46,118 nucleotides of DNA from a virus: IMG/VR virus record IMGVR_UViG_3300028048_000013; one strand, given 5' to 3'. Below the pieces are notes generated by a model. It worked only from the letters and a program-made list of their open reading frames with translations, searched no databases and was not told where the DNA came from. Made by a program: the position numbers and the translations under genes. Each line of letters starts with the position of its first letter. The first letter of the stretch is position 1. Positions 15,078 to 22,865 of the stretch are shown piece after piece.

Positions 15078-15148
15078 TGCGCCGTGGTGTAACGGCAACA
15101 CCCCGGATTTTGGTTCCGGTAATCCCCGTTCGAATCGGGGCGGCGCAA
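15078..15148 (+). tRNA. tRNA-Gln, anticodon UUG
   Basis: Cloverleaf folded by hand: acceptor TGCGCCG/CGGCGCA (U1-A72, as in bacterial tRNA-Gln), D arm GTGT/ACAC, anticodon arm CCGGA-TTTTGGT-TCCGG, T arm CCCCG-TTCGAAT-CGGGG. Confidence 0.85.
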
Positions 15149-15222
15149 CAAAAAGGGCCGCAAGCCCTGTTCTGTTAAAATTCCCGGGCAAGTAAGGCCG
15201 CGACGGCACGAACGCCCAACAA

Positions 15223-15303
15223 ACCCCCGTGGCGTAATGGTAGCCGCGATGGACTCAAAATCCATTCCCGCAAGGGGTGCCGGTTCGATTCCGGCCGGGG
15301 GTA
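15223..15303 (+). tRNA. tRNA-Leu, anticodon CAA (type II, long variable arm)
   Basis: Acceptor ACCCCCG/CGGGGGT, anticodon arm ATGGA-CTCAAAA-TCCAT, variable arm TCCCGCAAGGGGT, T arm GCCGG-TTCGATT-CCGGC. Confidence 0.85.
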
Positions 15304-15313
15304 CGAAAACGGA

Positions 15314-15329
15314 CCGGGCCGATTCCCGG
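15314..15329 (+). promoter_or_regulatory. CCGGG-CCGATT-CCCGG hairpin
   Basis: Same family as the leader hairpin 2 copies; 19 nt before the ATG at 15349. Confidence 0.55.
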
Positions 15330-15348
15330 GAAATTAAAACATTGTGTT

Positions 15349-15780
15349 ATGGCAAAAATTAAAAAGATTCCGGACAATGGAACATTCCATTTTTCCAATC
15401 TTAACCCCAAGGGCCAAAGTGCCGGGGATTGTGTTATTAGGGCCATTTCGGCGTTTATGCGTTGGGATTGGGAACGGACGTACAGGGAATTGGCCGAACG
15501 CGGAATTAAAGCCGGGTATTTGGTTAACGACGATGAAAATTACCAATCGTTCCTTGCGGAAAAAGGGTTTGAGAAACACAAACAACCACGGCGCGGAAAC
15601 TGTTGCAAATTCACGGCGGCCGAATTTTGCAAGGAAATTGCCGAACCCGGGAAAACGTACATTTTGCGGCTTGCGCATCATTTAACATTCGTTGGCCCCG
15701 ACTGTAAAATTTGGGATACGTGGGATTGTGGGTATAAGACGGTTGGCAATTATTGGGAATCCGAAAATATCGGTTATTAA
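15349..15780 (+). CDS. Papain-fold (C39-like) cysteine peptidase candidate
   Basis: GQSAGDCVIRAIS (Gln 5 residues before Cys), later LAHHLTFVG and WDTWD; first ATG of the track ORF (the track start is GTG). Confidence 0.45.
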   Translation: MAKIKKIPDNGTFHFSNLNPKGQSAGDCVIRAISAFMRWDWERTYRELAERGIKAGYLVNDDENYQSFLAEKGFEKHKQPRRGNCCKFTAAEFCKEIAEPGKTYILRLAHHLTFVGPDCKIWDTWDCGYKTVGNYWESENIGY

Positions 15781-15790
15781 GAATTAACCC

Positions 15791-15810
15791 GGGGCCGGGT
15801 AACCGGCCCC
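15791..15810 (+). promoter_or_regulatory. Intercistronic GC hairpin with GTAA tetraloop, exactly 17 nt before the ATG at 15828
   Basis: GGGGCCGG GTAA CCGGCCCC flanked by AACCC and ACAA. Confidence 0.6.
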
Positions 15811-15827
15811 ACAAAACAGGCGATACG

Positions 15828-17237
15828 ATGTACATTAAAAGATTGGAATTACTGAATTTCCAAGTTATCGAACAGTTTTCCGCCGACTTTGACGGAACGG
15901 TTTATTTCGTGACCGGCGACAACGAATTGGGTAAATCCACGTTGTTAAAAGCAATCGGCGCATTGTTGACCGGCCAACGCGACGACGTGTTGCGCAACGG
16001 CGCATCCAAGGGTTTTGCCAAAATGGTTGTGGGCGACGATGGCGAAGAATACGACGTACAATTGTCGTTCACGGAAGCGAACCCACGCGGAACGCTGACG
16101 ATCAAACAGAAAACAACCGGGATGGCGACCAACAACGTTTCGATGTTGCAACGCATTTTCGGGTATCAAGATTTCGACGCGGTGGAATTTTCCCGTTGGT
16201 CCGAAACGGCCGATGGCCGCCGCAAACAAATTGCCGTGGTTAAATCCCTGTTGCCCGAAAAGGTCCGGAACAGGATTGAGGAAATTGACGAAACCGTTAC
16301 CACGATGAAAGCGGAACGCACCGGCGTAAACCGGGATGTCAAGACGTTTGCCGCCCTGTATGAATCCATCGAAAAACAGTTGGCCCCGGGCGATGTTGAG
16401 AAATACGCCGCGCCCGTGGACGTTACCGCGTTGATGGAACGCCAAAAGACCAATGCGCAATTGATTGAAAAGGCCAAGACGGTACGCGCCGCCGTTGCGC
16501 AACGCACACAACAGTTGGCCGAAATCCCCGGCCGGATGAAAGAGGTTGACGAAAGGTTGACCGCCGAAAAACGCGCCATTGACGAAGCCGTGGCGGCCGC
16601 GAAAGCCGCATACGAAAAGGCCGTTGCCGATGCGAAGATTGCCCGCGAAAAGGCCGATGCCGCCCACGCGGAAGCAATCGCCACAATCGAAGCGGAACGC
16701 AAGGCGTTTTCGGAACGCAAGGCCAACGGCGAAAGTTGGTTGGCAAAGTATGAAGCCAACAACCCCGAAAAAACAGACGTTCCGGCCCTGTTGGCCGATG
16801 CGGAAGCCCACAACAAAAGGTACAATCTTGTTTGCCAATTCAAGGAAAAGAAACAACAGTACGAAACCGTCAAGGCCAAGGCCGAACAGATGGACGCCGA
16901 TATTGCCAAATTGGCAGACGAACGCGCCACGTTGATTGCCAACGCCGAATTGCCGATTGCCGGTTTGTCGTTCACGGACGACGGGTTGGAATTGAACGGA
17001 GTTCCGTTTGTCCCGGGCAAGGTTTCCGATTCCCAAACGATGGAAATTGCGGCCAAATTGGTTATCGCATCCAATCCGAAAGTAAAGGTTTTCCGAATTG
17101 CCCGTGGCGAATCGTTGGGCCAAAAGCGGCTTGAAACAATCATTGACATTGCCCGCCGTAACGGATTCCAAGGATTCATCGAACAGGTCCAACGCGGCCA
17201 AACCGAAATGATGGTTGAAGAATATACGGAAAAATAG
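15828..17237 (+). CDS. SMC/Rad50/RecF-like ATPase with long coiled coil
   Basis: MYIKRLELLNFQ...VTGDNELGKSTLLKAI Walker A; Ala/Lys/Glu coiled-coil middle; C-terminal VSDSQ signature-like motif. Confidence 0.7.
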   Translation: MYIKRLELLNFQVIEQFSADFDGTVYFVTGDNELGKSTLLKAIGALLTGQRDDVLRNGASKGFAKMVVGDDGEEYDVQLSFTEANPRGTLTIKQKTTGMATNNVSMLQRIFGYQDFDAVEFSRWSETADGRRKQIAVVKSLLPEKVRNRIEEIDETVTTMKAERTGVNRDVKTFAALYESIEKQLAPGDVEKYAAPVDVTALMERQKTNAQLIEKAKTVRAAVAQRTQQLAEIPGRMKEVDERLTAEKRAIDEAVAAAKAAYEKAVADAKIAREKADAAHAEAIATIEAERKAFSERKANGESWLAKYEANNPEKTDVPALLADAEAHNKRYNLVCQFKEKKQQYETVKAKAEQMDADIAKLADERATLIANAELPIAGLSFTDDGLELNGVPFVPGKVSDSQTMEIAAKLVIASNPKVKVFRIARGESLGQKRLETIIDIARRNGFQGFIEQVQRGQTEMMVEEYTEK

Positions 17238-17335
17238 CAATATCGCCCCGGGTCGCGTGGAAGCGTTCAAATATAAACACGGGTATAAAAATTCTAAACG
17301 ACGGAAACGGATAACCGGGGCGATTCTTTTTGATT

Positions 17336-17752
17336 ATGTACGACAAAGAAACACAACAAAAGATTGCATCTTGCAAGGCGTTACAGGGAATGACGGTCGA
17401 AGATTTCATTAAAAACGACCGGTTCCGCGAAAACTTGGCCGGTTACTTGACCGAACAACGGGAAACCCGCAAGACGGCCCGCGCATCATACGCGGCGATG
17501 CGAAAGGTTGGCGGCGCAAAGGGTTACAAATTGCCCGCCCACGTATGCGACAAATTCATTGACGTTACCGTTGACCAATTCGCCGAACTGTTTATGGCCG
17601 TAATTGCCAAGCGATACAACGGCCCGTTGGCCGAACGTCAATACATCCGACAATTGGGGATGCAAGCGTACAATTTGACCGTGGCGCAATACGTGGTTGA
17701 AGAATACCCGGAATTGGCCGATGAACTAATACCGAAATCAAAAGCAAATTAA
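17336..17752 (+). CDS. Hypothetical protein (138 aa)
   Basis: First ATG of the track ORF (the track start is TTG). Confidence 0.7.
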   Translation: MYDKETQQKIASCKALQGMTVEDFIKNDRFRENLAGYLTEQRETRKTARASYAAMRKVGGAKGYKLPAHVCDKFIDVTVDQFAELFMAVIAKRYNGPLAERQYIRQLGMQAYNLTVAQYVVEEYPELADELIPKSKAN

Positions 17753-17756
17753 CGTT

Positions 17757-18017
17757 ATGGACACACCGAAACAGGCAAACAAAAGACAAGCCGCAATCCG
17801 TAAAATCATTGGCGCATTGATTGGCGGCCGTCACTTATCATTGTATGACGATGCGGAATTTGAGGTTTCCGAAATGCACACGTGTTTTTGCAACGTGCGC
17901 CAAAAAATCCGGGATGGCAAGATTTCCGGTTACGTTATGAAAGACCGTTGGCGTACCAACGAAAACGGCATACGTTACAAAGAATATTGGTTTGAGAATG
18001 AAAGCGGACAAAATTAG
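17757..18017 (+). CDS. Hypothetical protein (86 aa)
   Basis: ATG-initiated track ORF. Confidence 0.65.
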   Translation: MDTPKQANKRQAAIRKIIGALIGGRHLSLYDDAEFEVSEMHTCFCNVRQKIRDGKISGYVMKDRWRTNENGIRYKEYWFENESGQN

Positions 18018-18420
18018 CGAATCGGGGATTATTACGACGGACGGCGCGTTGCGTATTCCGATGGACCGGTTGAACGCTTGTTTTGCCGAACATAAAGGCG
18101 AACGCGTGGTTGTGCGGTTCTATTTCGGCGTACCCGGTTCCACGGCGGCCCAACAATCGTATTATTACCAATACGTCGTTCCGACCATCCAACAGGCGTT
18201 GCGGGAAACCGGTGTACGGACCAATGAAAAGGCCGTTGACAAATTCTTGATGTCACGATACCCGGGCGACAAATGCGAACCGGACATAAACTTTGGCGAA
18301 GATGTGACGGAAGCCCGGTATTTGAACCGCGACCAAATGGCGGATTTCTTGGAATGGGTAAAGCAATTCGCGGCCGAACCGCCGTTGTCTGTTTATGTTG
18401 ACGACCCACGAACTATTTAA
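17998..18420 (+). CDS. NinB-like recombination protein candidate
   Basis: STAAQQSYYYQYVVPTIQQALRETG ... NRDQMADFLEWVKQFAAE parallels the lambda NinB pattern RSLDQN..LW...STS...EFAELLELIQAF. Confidence 0.4.
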   Translation: MKADKISESGIITTDGALRIPMDRLNACFAEHKGERVVVRFYFGVPGSTAAQQSYYYQYVVPTIQQALRETGVRTNEKAVDKFLMSRYPGDKCEPDINFGEDVTEARYLNRDQMADFLEWVKQFAAEPPLSVYVDDPRTI

Positions 18421-18432
18421 CACAAAACCAAT

Positions 18433-18609
18433 ATGCGAAAGATTAACAAAAACGATTACGTGGATTTTACCATTGTCGGGCCGGGTTGGTCCTTGACTGT
18501 TTCCACGTTCAAAAAGGCATTGGGCGAATGGAAAGATATAACCCGCGCCGGATGCACGTTGTACGGCAACAAGCCCGACGGAACACGGGCAATCATTGAT
18601 TCCAAATAA
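18433..18609 (+). CDS. Hypothetical protein (58 aa)
   Basis: Hand translation gives MRKINKNDYVDFTIVGPGWSLTVSTFKKALGEWKDITRAGCTLYGNKPDGTRAIIDSK. Confidence 0.5.
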   Translation: MRKINKNDYVDFTIVGPGWSLTVSTFKKALGEWKDITRAGCTLYGNKPDGTRAIIDSK

Positions 18610-18629
18610 CACATAAAAGGCGATACGAA

Positions 18630-19475
18630 ATGACAATTAACGACGTTTTATTTTTCGATACCGAAACGACCGGCATTCCGGACCGTTCGGCCAAATGGGA
18701 CACGGACTTTGCAGATTACCCGCACGTCGTGCAAATGGCGTGGATTCACGGTTGCAAGGTCGAAAACCACATTATCCGCCCGGATGGGTGGGAAATCCCG
18801 GATGATACCGTGGCGGTCCACGGCATAACCACGGAATACGCGTTGGAACACGGGGAACCGTTCGCCGCCGTCGTGGATATGTTCATACAGGATTGCAACG
18901 ATGCCGGTTTGATTTGCGGCCACAACATCCATTTCGATACCGGCATTGTCAAAGCAAACATCTTGCGCGAACTTGGCCGGGAATATTACGACGCAAACGA
19001 CGTGGAAACCGCGTTGTATAAGGGCAAGCGAATTGACACGATGCGACCGACGATGAAATGGGTTGATGCCCGGATGGCGAACGGCCGTTTGAAATTCCCG
19101 AATCTTTCCGAACTGTATTCCCGTTGTTTCCCGGGCGAAACGTTCCCGGCGCACAATGCGATTGAGGATGTAAAGGCGGTTGCCCGTTGTTTGCCCGTTA
19201 TCCTTGAATTGGGATTGGTTGAACTGAAAGTGAAAGAATACCCGGATGAACAGGCCAAGCCCACGGCGGACGATTTGAGCAATGCCGCAAAGATTGCGGC
19301 GGAAGCGGCAAAGAAATTCGGCGCGGCCCCGGAAACGGCCGGAAATGGCCCTATTTTGGACGCAAAACAAAAAGATGATAAATTACCCATCAAACCGGCG
19401 AAAGCCCCGCAAATCGAAAATTTGAAGAAAATAACGGATGCGGCGGCCGAACTTTTGGACCAAAACGATTTTTAA
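18630..19475 (+). CDS. DnaQ-like DEDDh 3'-5' exonuclease
   Basis: ExoI FFDTETTG, ExoII GHNIHFDTG, ExoIII HNAIEDV. Confidence 0.8.
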   Translation: MTINDVLFFDTETTGIPDRSAKWDTDFADYPHVVQMAWIHGCKVENHIIRPDGWEIPDDTVAVHGITTEYALEHGEPFAAVVDMFIQDCNDAGLICGHNIHFDTGIVKANILRELGREYYDANDVETALYKGKRIDTMRPTMKWVDARMANGRLKFPNLSELYSRCFPGETFPAHNAIEDVKAVARCLPVILELGLVELKVKEYPDEQAKPTADDLSNAAKIAAEAAKKFGAAPETAGNGPILDAKQKDDKLPIKPAKAPQIENLKKITDAAAELLDQNDF

Positions 19476-19477
19476 CA

Positions 19478-19681
19478 ATGAAAGAAACGGTTAAAGAATT
19501 GCAAAGCGCATTGGAAAAGTTGGCGACCGAATTTTACAACGAATCCGGCGCAGAGGCGTTGAACATCGAAATTCGGATTACCCCATGGGAAACAACCCAC
19601 AAAATCGGGTTGGAATTTGCCGACGGTCACGATAACAACGCGGCCACGGCCAAAGCCCCGGGCGGATGTTGTCACGATTAA
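19478..19681 (+). CDS. Hypothetical protein (67 aa)
   Basis: ATG-initiated track ORF. Confidence 0.6.
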   Translation: MKETVKELQSALEKLATEFYNESGAEALNIEIRITPWETTHKIGLEFADGHDNNAATAKAPGGCCHD

Positions 19682-19694
19682 AACCCCCGATATT

Positions 19695-19892
19695 ATGCCA
19701 AAAACAATTGAATTTCACAACACGCCCCAATTCACGCGTGAATTTGTCAACAATTGGTTGACGCACGTAAAGAAACACAACGATTCTCCAACGCATATTG
19801 CGGTTTTGGAAGATGTGTTGCAACTTATTGATGTTGCGTTAACCGTATTGGAACCCGGACCGACGGCCCCGGATAATAAGAAACAATCCTAA
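19695..19892 (+). CDS. Hypothetical protein (65 aa)
   Basis: First ATG in the frame of track ORF 19617..19892. Confidence 0.55.
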   Translation: MPKTIEFHNTPQFTREFVNNWLTHVKKHNDSPTHIAVLEDVLQLIDVALTVLEPGPTAPDNKKQS

Positions 19893-19905
19893 TACCAAAA
19901 GCGAT

Positions 19906-20526
19906 ATGGAAAAAGAATTACAGACCATCCCGACCGAAAAGGACTTTAATTTGTCCAAGGTCAAGTTGTTGCCCAAAGGCGGAATCCAAGCGGAATACCA
20001 AGTAACGCAAATCGTTGACGGCGAAACGTCGTTGATTGACCGAAATGAAACGTGTACCCGCGACGTACACCCGGATTTGTTGGCGATGTTCACGGACTTG
20101 CGTACAATCGTGGCCCGCGTATTCAACATTACGTCGTTTCTTACTTTGTTGGAATCCGACGAAATGAAATTGCCCGAATCGAAAAAGATGTTGGCCCGCA
20201 ATTTCGCCGACGAACTGTTGTCAAAAATTGAGGTTCGCGGCGTCGCGTGGTCCGGGACCGGCGACAATACGGGCGTCGTCATTACGTCCGTATTCGAAAC
20301 CCCGAACGGCCTAAAAACGTGTATCAATACCCCGCGTATTAAGATGGCCACAATTTCGTTCGGATTCGAAGAAGAATTGGAAACCATCGTGGAATCCATC
20401 AAAAAAGAGGTTTACGCGTATTTGTTCAAGGGCAAACAGGCGCAAATGTCTTTGTTCGGCGACAATGGCGCGGCCGATGATGAACCGGACCCGTTGGATA
20501 ACCCCGACGATATGCCCGACGCGTAA
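19906..20526 (+). CDS. Hypothetical protein with acidic C-terminal tail (206 aa)
   Basis: Ends DDEPDPLDNPDDMPDA; no nameable motif. Confidence 0.7.
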   Translation: MEKELQTIPTEKDFNLSKVKLLPKGGIQAEYQVTQIVDGETSLIDRNETCTRDVHPDLLAMFTDLRTIVARVFNITSFLTLLESDEMKLPESKKMLARNFADELLSKIEVRGVAWSGTGDNTGVVITSVFETPNGLKTCINTPRIKMATISFGFEEELETIVESIKKEVYAYLFKGKQAQMSLFGDNGAADDEPDPLDNPDDMPDA

Positions 20527-20529
20527 CAG

Positions 20530-20955
20530 ATGGAACCGTTTTTGATTGATACCCGCGAACAATACGACCTTTGCAAAGCGCACGGAATCGAACCATTGAT
20601 TGACCGGCGTTTTACAATGGAAATCCGTTTGCGGGTTTCAATCCAACGGGAATTGTTCGGGACCGGCCACACCCCGGCGGAAAACGGAAGGTTTTATCGT
20701 TGGTGTTGGGACCATTACCCGCACATTTGCGCGGAAACGATGCGCCCGTTGCGTCAATATTCGGCAACTTATGTTTCGCACATATTGACGCGCGGGGCGC
20801 ACCCGGAAATGGCCCACGACCCGCGAAACGTCAATATCCTTTCGTTCGAAATGCACAACCGTTGGGAAAATGGCGACCGGCGCAATATGCGGATATATCG
20901 GGCAAACCTGTTGATTGTTGAGCAACTGAAAAAGGAATATGGCGGCATTGACTGA
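20530..20955 (+). CDS. HNH / NinG(Rap)-like nuclease candidate
   Basis: SHILTRGAHPEMAHDPRNVNILSFEMHN fits an H...N...H spacing. Confidence 0.4.
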   Translation: MEPFLIDTREQYDLCKAHGIEPLIDRRFTMEIRLRVSIQRELFGTGHTPAENGRFYRWCWDHYPHICAETMRPLRQYSATYVSHILTRGAHPEMAHDPRNVNILSFEMHNRWENGDRRNMRIYRANLLIVEQLKKEYGGID

Positions 20956-21133
20956 AAAGGAAATTTCGGTACGGAATGTTTTATTAAACCGAATGACAGT
21001 TATAACCGACAAAATTTTGCCAAACGTCAAGGATGAAAAAATGTTGGGATACTTGACCGGTAAAATTGAGGGCTACCAACAAGCGTATGAATTATTGGGC
21101 GAATCGTTGGAAAGTATTAAAATCGAATTGTAA
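20939..21133 (+). CDS. Hypothetical protein (64 aa)
   Basis: ATG-initiated track ORF. Confidence 0.55.
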   Translation: MAALTEKEISVRNVLLNRMTVITDKILPNVKDEKMLGYLTGKIEGYQQAYELLGESLESIKIEL

Positions 21134-21385
21134 ATGGAACCGATTAAATTTGATGGCGCAAACGCCGTTTTCGGGGCGAATCAACCCGAATATACACCGT
21201 TACCGGCCGAATGTGTCGGAAATCCCGAAACGGGCCAAATAAATACGTGTTGGGAACTTTCCCCGGAAGAAATCAAACGGGTACAGGAAACCGGGAAAAT
21301 TTGGTTGTCTGTATTGACTTTCGGCCAACCGTTGCAACCCGTGTTGTTAACGGCCGACAAACCCGGCATATACAATCCGGAATGA
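21134..21385 (+). CDS. Hypothetical protein (83 aa)
   Basis: ATG immediately after the previous stop. Confidence 0.65.
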   Translation: MEPIKFDGANAVFGANQPEYTPLPAECVGNPETGQINTCWELSPEEIKRVQETGKIWLSVLTFGQPLQPVLLTADKPGIYNPE

Positions 21386-21702
21386 AAGATTACAACGAAT
21401 TGGTCCGGCGGTCAATCCGGAAAGACTTTGCCAAAGCGAATTTCAAACGGAACGGCCGCGTACCAAAGACGCCACACCCGAAACACACCCGGCGCGTTGT
21501 TGATTTGAACGACGCAAGCGCATACAAGCAATTCCGGCGGTTGATTGTTGGCCGGTTGGTCCGAATCATTGAACCGGGATATAACGGCGGATATTGGGTT
21601 GAATTTATCCGGGACGCCGACCGGGACGCCCTAAACGCGGCGGCCGGATGGTCAAAGGACAAACGCCGGTTCCTGTTGGATGGCGTGAAATTCGATGATT
21701 GA
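21382..21702 (+). CDS. Hypothetical basic protein (106 aa)
   Basis: ATGA overlap; in the frame of track ORF 21211..21702. Confidence 0.6.
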   Translation: MKDYNELVRRSIRKDFAKANFKRNGRVPKTPHPKHTRRVVDLNDASAYKQFRRLIVGRLVRIIEPGYNGGYWVEFIRDADRDALNAAAGWSKDKRRFLLDGVKFDD

Positions 21703-21716
21703 ACAATAAAAATCAA

Positions 21717-21724
21717 TAAATTTG
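21717..21724 (+). promoter_or_regulatory. -7 box TAAATTTG upstream of ssb
   Basis: Matches TAnnTTTG, 18 nt before the ATG. Confidence 0.4.
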
Positions 21725-21742
21725 TACAGGGATTTATAAGTT

Positions 21743-22168
21743 ATGAACAAAGTATTTTTGAAAGGGAACGTCGGCCAAGACCCGCGCATTACCACGTTCC
21801 AAGACGGCGGAAAGGTTGCACAATTCACGTTGGCAACGACCGAACGCGGCTTTACGACCCGGGACGGCAAACAGATTCCGGACGTAACAGATTGGCACAA
21901 TATCGTTGTCAAGCGCACCGGCCTTGCGGGCGTGTGCGAACAATTCGTGAAAAAGGGAACCCCGCTTTTGATTGTGGGAAAGATTCAAACCCGGCAATAC
22001 CAAGACAACGGCGGACAAACCCGGTACGTTACCGAAATCGTCGTTGAAGAAATGGAATTGTTGGGCGGAAAGAAGCCCGAACAGGCCCCGGCCCCGGCCA
22101 CGGAATACACGCCCGGCGGCGGTTATCAACCAATGGGCGGCGATGATGATTTGCCCGCCGGATTCTAA
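21743..22168 (+). CDS. ssb: Single-stranded DNA-binding protein
   Basis: MNKVFLKGNVGQDPR...TDWHNIVV...KGTPLLIVGKIQTRQY OB fold, Gly/Pro linker, acidic tip DDDLPAGF. Confidence 0.9.
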   Translation: MNKVFLKGNVGQDPRITTFQDGGKVAQFTLATTERGFTTRDGKQIPDVTDWHNIVVKRTGLAGVCEQFVKKGTPLLIVGKIQTRQYQDNGGQTRYVTEIVVEEMELLGGKKPEQAPAPATEYTPGGGYQPMGGDDDLPAGF

Positions 22169-22179
22169 ACCGAACGATT

Positions 22180-22692
22180 ATGCAAATTGACCGTAAAGAT
22201 TTCAACCCGGACCAACACGACGTTTTCAAGGCGTTGTCGGTAAAACAACCGTATGCGGATTTGTTAACGCGTGTTGTGTTCCGGGATGAAAACGGCGAAT
22301 ACCACGCCGATAAAACAATTGAGGTCCGAACCCGGAACACGAATTACCGGGGCGACCTGTTGGTTTGTTCGTCATCAAAACCCGAAATCCCGGGCCGGTT
22401 GTCCGGCGTCACTTGCGGATTCTTGGAATTGTACGACGTTAAACCAATCGAAGATTTCACGCCGGAAGATTGGGCCGCAACCTGTATTCCGGAACAGGAA
22501 CGCCCGCGTAAGGGTTACGGATGGATGATGCGCAACCCGCGCCGCGTCGTGGAAATGCCGATACGCGGCCAATTGGGCGTTTACAATCTTATCGTGCCGA
22601 AAGGCGATATCGCAGAATACCCGCGTGAAATGGCATTGGGGCCGGATGGATGGGATATGTTGAACAAACGCATAAACAGGAACGCAAAATGA
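22180..22692 (+). CDS. ASCH (PUA-like) domain protein
   Basis: ALSVKQPYADLL...KTIEVRTRNTNYRGDLLV. Confidence 0.55.
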   Translation: MQIDRKDFNPDQHDVFKALSVKQPYADLLTRVVFRDENGEYHADKTIEVRTRNTNYRGDLLVCSSSKPEIPGRLSGVTCGFLELYDVKPIEDFTPEDWAATCIPEQERPRKGYGWMMRNPRRVVEMPIRGQLGVYNLIVPKGDIAEYPREMALGPDGWDMLNKRINRNAK

Positions 22693-22865
22693 CAATCAAA
22701 ACCATTTTATTGCCCGTTGATAAAGCGGCATTTATCCAAAAGAACGCGGCCGAATATGGTTGCAATTTGGTTGAACTTGCCGTTGCCGGGAACAATTCGG
22801 CCAAAGTGACCGTTTCCGGCGAAAACGAAAACGTGAAAAAGTTGTTTGACCAAATCGGCGAATGA
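22689..22865 (+). CDS. Hypothetical protein (58 aa)
   Basis: ATGA overlap with the ASCH gene; an alternative in-frame ATG lies at 22650. Confidence 0.5.
   Translation: MTIKTILLPVDKAAFIQKNAAEYGCNLVELAVAGNNSAKVTVSGENENVKKLFDQIGE

Noticed and set aside
15149-15222. 74-nt spacer between the two tRNAs, considered as a third tRNA
   Set aside because: It has no T-loop (GTTCRA) motif and no acceptor or anticodon arms that can be folded. Only a short AGGGC-CGCAA-GCCCT hairpin is present.
15945-17270. 441-aa minus-strand ORF. Similar long antisense ORFs lie at 16166..17179, 23185..24648, 27707..28792, 29910..30797 and 30896..32023.
   Set aside because: All lie entirely antisense to well-supported plus-strand genes and translate to low-complexity Gly/Arg/Phe-rich sequence. 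They are expected by-products of CT/AG depletion, because CTA and the other plus-strand trinucleotides that encode antisense stops are scarce.
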